The notes under the pieces are model-generated. The model worked only from the letters and a program-made list of their open reading frames with translations. It ran no database searches and was not told the DNA's origin. Below, in pieces: positions 44,139 to 52,338 of a stretch of DNA of 64,000 nt (positions are counted from its first letter, which is position 1; each line of letters starts with the position of its first letter). The position numbers and the translations under genes were made by a program. Origin of the DNA: a virus (taxonomy: Duplodnaviria; Caudoviricetes); IMG/VR virus record IMGVR_UViG_3300023047_000002; one strand, written 5' to 3'.

Positions 44139-45032
44139 ATGATAGACAGTACGAATGCAATCAACCGTATCGCCAGCACCATCGTCCTCTTTTTTGCTCT
44201 TTTCGGAACATCAGCTAATGCATTATCACAAGACTACACGTGCCCTGTAAATGACACTGAACGTGACAAGTTAGTTGCAGAAATGAACTATACTTTAAAA
44301 GAAGATGTACACGAACTTAGAAGTATCACTGGACGAGACTCATACGAGGAAGCACAACGTTATTGCGATCAAACAATGAAAGAAAAAATCGCAAGCGTGA
44401 ACGAACTCCATATTGAAGATTACGATGAAACGTTTGCTCAAATGAAACTCGAAAAAGACGAAACGAAAGCATTACTTGAACAGCAAACAACATCATGCCA
44501 TGCTTGCCTTGCGTCAAAAAAAGAAGCATACGAAAAGAAGTTCATCAAAAAGCACGGCGACCATCGTTATGATACAAAGGGTTATCGTACAAAAGTCGTT
44601 GTCGTGTGGGGCGAGGCTGAACGCATTCCTACAGACGCACAAGCTAAATACGATTTGCTTTATGACGAATACATGAGAGATTACGATCCTTCCAACGACA
44701 GACAGTCTTGTTTTGAAAGTACACCTGCATGTAATGATGCAGTCGAAACAGAAGCTAAAATCAGATCTCTGAGTAACAAGATGTATTCATTTCAAGAACG
44801 TCATAAGATGGAACGCTTAGAACAAGACAGTTTGAAACGTACAACAGAATTTTGTGATCGCGTAGCTAAAATCACAGAAGAACATAACGAACATTTGAAT
44901 TATGTTGAGTTTCTTAAAGAATGCCAATACCTTGATAAGCCGTCGGTTGATTCTTCAAACAAAAACCGTTTGCAACAGGCAAACAAAGCAATCAATACTG
45001 CACGTTCGGTAGGTCGTGTTTTCGGTTTTTAA
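44139..45032 (+). CDS. exported, Cys-containing helical protein
   Basis: Sec-type signal peptide ending in ANA; AGGAG RBS. Confidence 0.7.
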   Translation: MIDSTNAINRIASTIVLFFALFGTSANALSQDYTCPVNDTERDKLVAEMNYTLKEDVHELRSITGRDSYEEAQRYCDQTMKEKIASVNELHIEDYDETFAQMKLEKDETKALLEQQTTSCHACLASKKEAYEKKFIKKHGDHRYDTKGYRTKVVVVWGEAERIPTDAQAKYDLLYDEYMRDYDPSNDRQSCFESTPACNDAVETEAKIRSLSNKMYSFQERHKMERLEQDSLKRTTEFCDRVAKITEEHNEHLNYVEFLKECQYLDKPSVDSSNKNRLQQANKAINTARSVGRVFGF

Positions 45033-45062
45033 TGTAAGTGGGAAGTTGTTTACAAATAGCGA

Positions 45063-45152
45063 TTCGAAAGCCCACGGTGTTTGTACCGTTGGCTTTCGAA
45101 TAACTTTTGTTGTTAGTTGAAGCCTTCCGCCTTTAGTAGGTGTGTCGTTCAC
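45063..45152 (+). repeat. hairpin plus IS200/IS605-end-like element between convergent genes
   Basis: TTCGAAAGCC..GGCTTTCGAA hairpin; GAAGCCTTCCGCCTTTAGTAGGTGTGTCGTTCAC. Confidence 0.45.
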
Positions 45153-45544
45153 TCTGTTCCGGATCCATTTTCCTGTTCTCCGCCTTGATTGTTTTCTTCG
45201 CTTTCCATGTTTACGGTTTTCATCGTTTCGACGTACTGAATAACTGCAGACATACGTGCAGAGCAAACCGCATATTTTGTTGACAGGTCGATGAGGGACA
45301 TCAACATCTCTCCGTTCGTTGTGAAGTTCAACTCACCCTGTTCAGGACATGGCGTGAGTAAAGCATCTGATGGATAGAGGTACTCAGTTCTGAACACATT
45401 AACGTACTCGGTCTTAGTTTTGGTGGTCTGGCAAGCAGACAGAATCATCAGGATAAACGCAACTGTTGAATACATCCAAAATTGAGTCAGGAACTTTTTC
45501 GTCAAACCAGTTGTATGCCTTTTCATCATTTCGTACTGCTTCAT
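45149..45544 (-). CDS. o-spanin (Rz1-like lipoprotein)
   Basis: GGAGGGAG RBS; basic N-region, hydrophobic core and lipobox LSAC; P..LL.PC motif; overlaps the i-spanin in another frame. Confidence 0.8.
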   Translation of the reverse strand: MKQYEMMKRHTTGLTKKFLTQFWMYSTVAFILMILSACQTTKTKTEYVNVFRTEYLYPSDALLTPCPEQGELNFTTNGEMLMSLIDLSTKYAVCSARMSAVIQYVETMKTVNMESEENNQGGEQENGSGTE

Positions 45545-45887
45545 ACACTCCCTCCACGACTTTTGTCTCTGTCTCAATGACCTGTGTTTCGGTCTTGTTT
45601 CGTTCATTTAATGTGGATATTTCGGCATCTCTTTGTGCAGCCTTGTCGGCGAGCATGTTAATTTCTGATTGCATTCCGTCCATGCATATCTGCATCTGTA
45701 CTTTTTCATTTTCTACTTCATGCAGCGTTTTTTGTAACTGTTGAATTGCTTCAAGCCGTTCATTGTCACGTTTAGTTGCCTTGCATGAACGCACACCGGT
45801 CAGCACAAAGGACAGAAATGTGGCCAGTAAAAGAACACCGCAAATCACTTTCCATGATGTAGACGAAATTCCGTTGAGGTCGAACAT
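45414..45887 (-). CDS. i-spanin (Rz-like)
   Basis: One N-terminal TM helix, coiled coil, C-terminal W...VP motif. Confidence 0.8.
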   Translation of the reverse strand: MFDLNGISSTSWKVICGVLLLATFLSFVLTGVRSCKATKRDNERLEAIQQLQKTLHEVENEKVQMQICMDGMQSEINMLADKAAQRDAEISTLNERNKTETQVIETETKVVEGVYEAVRNDEKAYNWFDEKVPDSILDVFNSCVYPDDSVCLPDHQN

Positions 45888-45932
45888 AAATCACTCCACC
45901 TTTAAGTTCGATGTACTACGTAGTACATTTCA

Positions 45933-46394
45933 TTAGTTCACACGTTCTGACAACTTTTTCGACAATTCATTAAGGTCACGTTCCATCTGAAAAGCAATCT
46001 CTTTCATGTCTTTAGCGACATCAAGAACGTTCCTTGTAAGGAACAACGTATAATCCATTACATCCCAATATGCTCTATCTTCGCAGAACTCAATAAGTTC
46101 TTCCATAGACGTAATACCTTTTTGAATGGCTTTATCCATAAAACCGTTCTGAAGACACTGTCGTTTGTAGTCCATAAATTCAACGTGAACGTCAATTCCA
46201 GATCCAGAGTACATGCGTTTCACAATAATCTGACCAATGACTTTACCTTTACCTGGAACGATATAGAAACAATCCTCATCTGCACCGTCTAGAGGAAGTC
46301 CCATGGAATCCAAACGATCATACAGAGCTTCGAATAAATCCGTCATAGAGATCTCCGTATTAAAATTTCTTATGGAATACGGTGGCATGGTCAA
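45933..46394 (-). CDS. hypothetical protein
   Basis: ORF; the real start may be the internal ATG after GGAG (46346). Confidence 0.55.
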   Translation of the reverse strand: MTMPPYSIRNFNTEISMTDLFEALYDRLDSMGLPLDGADEDCFYIVPGKGKVIGQIIVKRMYSGSGIDVHVEFMDYKRQCLQNGFMDKAIQKGITSMEELIEFCEDRAYWDVMDYTLFLTRNVLDVAKDMKEIAFQMERDLNELSKKLSERVN

Positions 46395-46478
46395 ACATAA
46401 GTTTGGCGTCGCATGGAATTAAAGTGCCACCGTACTCATTTTGATATGTTCGTGTGACTTTATCAGAAGGCTATCGAT

Positions 46479-46512
46479 AAAACCCACGGGCTTTATCGGG
46501 TGGGTAGTTGAC
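46479..46512 (+). repeat. palindrome resembling an IS200/IS605 end
   Basis: The - strand reads GTCAACTACCCACCCGATAAAGCCCGTGGG. Confidence 0.55.
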
Positions 46513-49037
46513 TACGCAATACGTTGCAGCAGTAGCGGCATTCCAGAAGGAATGTAGTGAGAAGAAAATGAAATCTCCGACAATGAACGATAAGTGCCGG
46601 GTTCTAGGTAATGTCCTGAGGATTTGTACATGAGCCCAATGCCTTCGTCAGGGTCTGTAGAAAAATAAAAAACAGCTACTGTGAACCCGTCTAGGTATCC
46701 AGACCCAGCCTCCCCAAAATCTTCAGGTTCAGACACCTCAATTTCAGAACCCGCTGAAATTGTTTCTCCTGCATCCGCAACATTATTCGCAAATTTCCGT
46801 GATGGGTAGGCTAGAACAAGACCTCCAATAGGAACTTTGTAGAAGATATACGAGGTGGCTTCCGAAGCACCTGTATCCACACTCTTTGTAGAAATCGCAA
46901 TATTGTCAACAGAGTGAACTTTTGATTGGTCTTCAAGTGACGACAAATAAAGCAAACCATCTAACCGTGCCTGCTTAATTGCAATATTACCAGCAGACGT
47001 GAATGATTCTTCATATTCAATCATCATAACGTTCATATGACTGGTGCTCACGGAAACAGATTCAACTGCGTTAGATTTCACAGTTGAATTTACATTAATG
47101 CTTCTGTTGAAAATAACTTCCTGTGCGGTACTGTATGTAATAGTGGCGTAGTCTTGATGATTGTGTTCATAGATTGTTATGGACTCAATCATGTTTTGTT
47201 CATTCCCGGATTGGTTAATTAACGTATTCAGAGTACTTGAATTTAGAGTCACATCTCCAACTGTGAGTGTTACAGTAGACAGAGACTTTGTGTGGATCTC
47301 TTTGACGCACTTATCCTCTGAACCAATTGAGTTTAAATTGTCGTGCATAGGTTCAAGTGAACCATACCATGTAATAGTTCCGACATCTGAAGAGTCTCCA
47401 TAGGCAGCTTCGATTGTACGAACGCCTGATATTTTCGGAAGTACGGCATTCCCACCTTCGCCGTTTTCACGTGATTCATCAAAAGTTTCGTTTAAATACA
47501 GATTTCCGTAAATTACCGTGTCACCATTTAATTCAGTTGTTGACTGAGAAGGTACGATGTTTCCAGATCCTGATGTGATGTGGCTACCTACAACTAAGCG
47601 ATCCGACACAGATGACTTTACGGAACTTATGGTATTAGGTACTACAATACCATCACTGAAAACGACTCCACGATCAATATCGTATGTAATCGTGACATAG
47701 GACTGGTGATTTGGTTCGTAAATTAACAAGAAATCAGGTTCGTTACTTGAGCTACCTGAATTGCCAGAGCTTCCTGATTGGTTAAGCAGTTCAATAAAGG
47801 TTGATTCGGTCAGCGTCAGGTTCCCGACTTTAAGAGATTCAGCAATGTCAACTGTGTTAGCTTTCACCTTGTAGGGAACTTCAATACTGTCATCAAAAAT
47901 AATTCCTCGTCCTGCATTGTACGTAATGGTAGCGTGGTCTTGGTAGCTAGGATCATAAACTGTCAAATACACAGAAGGATCTGACTCATTACTTGAATTG
48001 CCAGAATTTCCTGATTGACTCAGTAACGCATTCAGTGTTGTTTCATTCAGTATCACATTACCAACTTTTATCGAGTCCGTAAGATTTAATGAATACGCAT
48101 TGATTGAAATATAATATCCTTCACTGTCTTTGAAACTGAGTCCTTGTGATATATCGTATGTGATCATTGCGTGATCTTGATGATTTGGTTCGTAGACTGA
48201 CAAATATTCTGATTCATTTACATGGCTGCTTGAACCTCCTGACTGACTCAGTAACGTATTCAGGTCTGTTTCATTCAGTGTCACATTACCAACTTTAATG
48301 GATCCAGTGAGGTTCAGCGTGTTTGCATTGACTGTGTTAGAGTATACAAATGGCCACGGGTCACTTTCAGATCCAAGAGCAAATGTTGTGTGATTGATAC
48401 CGTTTGAAGAAGGAATCAAGCTGCCTTGTACTTCTATGGAATCATACGAGTGCCCATTGTCATGTCCGATCAACTTCTCTACCTCTTCGATGTAGGGAAC
48501 ACTGATATACCCTCCACCGGTACTGTGAGCTGAGAATGATTTTGTCTTAACGACTCTAATAGTACCGTAAACATCAACGCGACCATTCATATCCGAGATG
48601 TTTCCGGAATTGGTTATAGAACCGTCAGACTGGTTTACTGTATGACTTCCAACACGGAACGAATCCGTACTTTCTTGTGCTGCAACAATATTCTTAAATG
48701 TTGCATTCCCATTAAACGTAGCGGATGAATAAACCGAAAAAGGACCCGTAACCTGTGTGTTGCCATTTAGCATAACACTAGCACTTAGAGTTGTTTCACC
48801 CGTAAATACGACCGTTTGAGGGACATTCACGTCACTCATACCTGTCGTTTCAAGAGGACCGGACACCAGTCTGAGTGTATATCTTGAAGACCCGGGATAT
48901 GGATGACTGATGTCGAACATTGCAACATTTTCTAAGCCCTGTCCATTCAGAATAAGACTGTCGCATGTTAGCTGACCTAGTTGCATTTCGTAACGTTCTT
49001 CGTTTTCGTTCCAAAAAACAATTTTTGCCGCTTTCAT
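46512..49037 (-). CDS. tail fibre / receptor-binding-like protein with ~80 aa internal repeats
   Basis: Beta-rich; repeats of KVGNVTLN..TLN.LL.QSG...YEPNHQD.A.ITY; N-terminus shared with the next paralog. Confidence 0.7.
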   Translation of the reverse strand: MKAAKIVFWNENEERYEMQLGQLTCDSLILNGQGLENVAMFDISHPYPGSSRYTLRLVSGPLETTGMSDVNVPQTVVFTGETTLSASVMLNGNTQVTGPFSVYSSATFNGNATFKNIVAAQESTDSFRVGSHTVNQSDGSITNSGNISDMNGRVDVYGTIRVVKTKSFSAHSTGGGYISVPYIEEVEKLIGHDNGHSYDSIEVQGSLIPSSNGINHTTFALGSESDPWPFVYSNTVNANTLNLTGSIKVGNVTLNETDLNTLLSQSGGSSSHVNESEYLSVYEPNHQDHAMITYDISQGLSFKDSEGYYISINAYSLNLTDSIKVGNVILNETTLNALLSQSGNSGNSSNESDPSVYLTVYDPSYQDHATITYNAGRGIIFDDSIEVPYKVKANTVDIAESLKVGNLTLTESTFIELLNQSGSSGNSGSSSNEPDFLLIYEPNHQSYVTITYDIDRGVVFSDGIVVPNTISSVKSSVSDRLVVGSHITSGSGNIVPSQSTTELNGDTVIYGNLYLNETFDESRENGEGGNAVLPKISGVRTIEAAYGDSSDVGTITWYGSLEPMHDNLNSIGSEDKCVKEIHTKSLSTVTLTVGDVTLNSSTLNTLINQSGNEQNMIESITIYEHNHQDYATITYSTAQEVIFNRSINVNSTVKSNAVESVSVSTSHMNVMMIEYEESFTSAGNIAIKQARLDGLLYLSSLEDQSKVHSVDNIAISTKSVDTGASEATSYIFYKVPIGGLVLAYPSRKFANNVADAGETISAGSEIEVSEPEDFGEAGSGYLDGFTVAVFYFSTDPDEGIGLMYKSSGHYLEPGTYRSLSEISFSSHYIPSGMPLLLQRIA

Positions 49038-49050
49038 AATCTACCTCGTA

Positions 49051-49321
49051 GGAAACCCACGGTCTTTAGCCTGTGGGAGGAATGCGAAAAATCTCGCTTG
49101 TTAAATGATGCCTAGTATTTAAGTGTCTGAGATAAAACCGTTCTGTACTTTGACTGAAGGCACACTCTAAAATTTAAACACCAATAACTTTGTTTACGTA
49201 GTCATGGAACATGTTCCATGACTACACCCCACAATGTAACGATAAAAGGTAGAATATTTAATCACTTGCATAACTATTTATCAGCTATAAGTCCACCGAC
49301 ATTAGGCGGTTGCTAGTTGAC
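49051..49321. repeat. intergenic cluster: two IS-end-like hairpins and a perfect 28 bp palindrome
   Basis: GGAAACCCACGGTCTTTAGCCTGTGGGAGG (49051-49080), GTAGTCATGGAACATGTTCCATGACTAC (49198-49225), AAGTCCACCGACATTAGGCGGTTGCTAGTTGAC (49289-49321). Confidence 0.55.
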
Positions 49322-49374
49322 ACGTTAATTTCTAGTTCAACCGTACCGAGCACAAAACACGTCACATGTTCATG

Positions 49375-50697
49375 TTACCGAATTCTTTGAAGAAGAATCG
49401 GCTTGTCGAATGGACCACGTACATTTCCGCTATATGTTTCTACAATAGTAAATCCCATAACAATTCTGTACAAACCATCTTCCAGGATATGATTTCCTTC
49501 GATGTACTCATCTCCGCTCGACGCATCGAACCCGTAAAGAGCCTCTGTCCATTGGTTTGCACGACTTATATCGTTAATTTCAAGTACACATCCGGCATGG
49601 AACTCTTCATCTTTATGTGCCTGTGCAAACTCCTGCGGCATTTGTGCCATTACAAGACCACCAATAGGAACATGTAATTTCTGAACTGTGTCTCCGCTAA
49701 AAGACACATCAGAAAGACTACGCAAGTCTAATGTGAAGTTTTGTGGGACTTCCATTGATGATGAACCATCGCGTAGTGTTTCAAGAGTCAGCTTGTATCC
49801 ATCTTCAGAGGACATTTCGTCCCAAACCAGGGAAACACCTTTGTCCATAGAACCTATTTGTGCATTGTATTGCGAGTATCGATTCCTTATGAAGGTAAGA
49901 TCACTAACATACTGTTGAAAGATCCTTCCAGAAACGCTTATTCTTGAAATTGTGTGTTGAGTGTCACTTTCTGCTGTAAACATGATGTCATTGGTATAGA
50001 GTGTTTTAGAGCAGACAGATTCCCAACGCGTATTCTCGTTTCCAAGTGAGTGTTCGCCTTCAGGCATCAAATCTCCTTTTATTGAGATCTGAGAGAAACT
50101 TCCACCTGACTGAACACCACTGATAACTTCAATCCCTCTTAGTTCTGATGCATAGATGAATCCACCGCCCGTAGAAAACGCTTGAACACTGTTTGTCTTT
50201 CTAACATGGATGCCACCATACACATCAAAACGCCCATTGCATTCGTATATGCTGTTTGACGGCGTTATGGAATTATCTGAGGCATTTATTGTATGACTGC
50301 CGAGTTTGAATGTGTCACCGTCATTCTGTGCTACAATAAGGTTTTTCACAGAGGCTGTGTCCTGAACGTCAAGCGTGATCGTGTGTACTTCTTTCAGAGC
50401 CTTTATCGTGTTTGCGTGCAATACGTCGGTGTGGATTTCTTTTACCACTCTATCCTGAGAACCAATATACATGGTCTCGGAGGATTCAGGTTCTAGGTTT
50501 CCGTTAAAGATAAGGTTGCCATATACACGCACCTCGCCATTCATTTCTGTTGTTGAATTTGAAGGAACAATGTTTCCTGTCTCCTGGTTAGTTTCATGGC
50601 TGCCGATGATAAGTTTATTGTCACATACCAGATGACCAAGTTGCATTTCGTAGCGTTCTTCATTCTCGTTCCAGAAAACAATTTTTGCAGCTTTCAT
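49375..50697 (-). CDS. tail fibre / receptor-binding-like protein, paralog of 46512-49037
   Basis: Identical first 21 aa MKAAKIVFWNENEERYEMQLG; shared VPIGGLV and LLQRI; GGAGG RBS. Confidence 0.7.
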   Translation of the reverse strand: MKAAKIVFWNENEERYEMQLGHLVCDNKLIIGSHETNQETGNIVPSNSTTEMNGEVRVYGNLIFNGNLEPESSETMYIGSQDRVVKEIHTDVLHANTIKALKEVHTITLDVQDTASVKNLIVAQNDGDTFKLGSHTINASDNSITPSNSIYECNGRFDVYGGIHVRKTNSVQAFSTGGGFIYASELRGIEVISGVQSGGSFSQISIKGDLMPEGEHSLGNENTRWESVCSKTLYTNDIMFTAESDTQHTISRISVSGRIFQQYVSDLTFIRNRYSQYNAQIGSMDKGVSLVWDEMSSEDGYKLTLETLRDGSSSMEVPQNFTLDLRSLSDVSFSGDTVQKLHVPIGGLVMAQMPQEFAQAHKDEEFHAGCVLEINDISRANQWTEALYGFDASSGDEYIEGNHILEDGLYRIVMGFTIVETYSGNVRGPFDKPILLQRIR

Positions 50698-50713
50698 AAT
50701 GTTTTCCTCCAAA

Positions 50714-51979
50714 TTATTCCGTAATGTTTATGTAGTCCAATTTCTGGTATTTGACCTGATAAATCACGGCTTCCGTACCGTTTGACGAAATCTCAGGCGT
50801 CTTATCGAGAATTTCATTGATTTCACTAATAAGAGGCTCATACTCACTCCCTAGTGCATTAAGTACGTTGACGAACGATTTTACACATGGTTTCAACGTG
50901 TTGAAGGATTTTAGACCTTCTTCTTCAATATCGTATGCCGTGTCTTCACATGAATCAGGTTCAAAATCAGAAGGTGAAAATGCAAGATTTACAGGTTTGA
51001 GTTTTTTACCAGAACCAAAGAAAGACTGACAACGTTGTTCTCCCGAAGAAAGTTCATTCCACAGACCGCTTAAATGTTCGCTTAACATTGTCGAGTCTGC
51101 CATGATTTGTTCCAGCGTCTTACGCTGTGAAGGGTCGCTTGCGTCAAGTTCTCCTGACTTTATATTGCTTAAAATGTCTGATGCTTTTCGTGCAAGTGAA
51201 ATGGCTTTGTTGAAGTCAAGTTCGTAGTCACCACCGAACAAATCTTTTCCGTTGTACATTTTATGTGCATCGTCAGATAATGATTCGAGACCTACCATGA
51301 TTGAACCTAACTCATCTACAGCATTGTCCATGGTTGTTATAACGACCATCGGGTTGATGTTTCTTCCACGTCCACGTTCTTGGTCAGGTGGAAAATATTT
51401 GAATGTACCGTCACGGTATTCTTTAAGGTCATCATTGATTTGAGCTTCAAGCTCTTGAGTCGCTTCTGAAACCGCAGTGTTAATCGCATTTACAACTTCT
51501 GATGCAGACATCTTTTCCATATTCTGAATGGATGTCGTAGACTCATACGGTTTTGCAGAATAAGAAGTGTTTTTGTCAATGAGCATGTATGCCGTCGTTC
51601 CCTGAATTTTAATCAGCCGTGAGGTTGCTCCGTCTATGACTCCTGTGATGTTGTCTTCGTTAGCAACATTAAAATCAGGAATGGAACACTTAATATTTAA
51701 ACCCATATCCGTACACCAAATGTTCGCTGTCCCTTCTAGGTCTTTATCGAACATTGCTTCGTCGTTGCTGAAATGTGCTCTAAGCGTTGCCTCAAGCATC
51801 ACTGGACCATTACGTTTTCTGCTAAGAGAAAACACACCCAAACCCTCACGGATTTTTTTAGTTGCAGCTCCTGTAGCGAACCATTCCTGTAAAGTCTTTG
51901 CCTGTTCACGTGCTTCATACGCACCACTGTGAGTTACCTTCAACATATCTTCACGCTCCGTTTGAAAAGTCTTTTGCAT
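50714..51979 (-). CDS. hypothetical protein in the virion gene cluster
   Basis: 421 aa ORF; start uncertain. Confidence 0.65.
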   Translation of the reverse strand: MQKTFQTEREDMLKVTHSGAYEAREQAKTLQEWFATGAATKKIREGLGVFSLSRKRNGPVMLEATLRAHFSNDEAMFDKDLEGTANIWCTDMGLNIKCSIPDFNVANEDNITGVIDGATSRLIKIQGTTAYMLIDKNTSYSAKPYESTTSIQNMEKMSASEVVNAINTAVSEATQELEAQINDDLKEYRDGTFKYFPPDQERGRGRNINPMVVITTMDNAVDELGSIMVGLESLSDDAHKMYNGKDLFGGDYELDFNKAISLARKASDILSNIKSGELDASDPSQRKTLEQIMADSTMLSEHLSGLWNELSSGEQRCQSFFGSGKKLKPVNLAFSPSDFEPDSCEDTAYDIEEEGLKSFNTLKPCVKSFVNVLNALGSEYEPLISEINEILDKTPEISSNGTEAVIYQVKYQKLDYINITE

Positions 51980-52028
51980 GAGAAATCCGTTATGATTTCT
52001 TAATGTTAATTCGATAGTTTCAGACAGT

Positions 52029-52316
52029 CTAAGAGATTCCGTTTAGTTCAGGAATCCTGACACGTGTACCTGCTTGCAGATTGTCTGGGTCTGAAAATCC
52101 GTTAAACCGACACAGAACCCACCACATACGTGCATCACCAAATATGCGTTGAGCTAGAAGCTCAGGATGGTTCTCTTCTTCATTACGAACAAAGGTCTCA
52201 GTGAAAGGGACGTTCATTTTCTTGAAGTCTTCCATGATAAATCCGTTCTCGTTTCCAGAATTGTTGTACCTTGACAGTTTCGTGTAAAGCACTTCCGGTG
52301 TTTGTACAGTAGTCAT
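52029..52316 (-). CDS. baseplate wedge protein, LysM/T4 gp53-like
   Basis: PELLAQRIFGDARMWWVLCRFNGFSDPDNLQAGTRVRIP; GGAG RBS. Confidence 0.75.
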   Translation of the reverse strand: MTTVQTPEVLYTKLSRYNNSGNENGFIMEDFKKMNVPFTETFVRNEEENHPELLAQRIFGDARMWWVLCRFNGFSDPDNLQAGTRVRIPELNGIS

Positions 52317-52338
52317 AACGTATCTCCGCTCGCATAAG

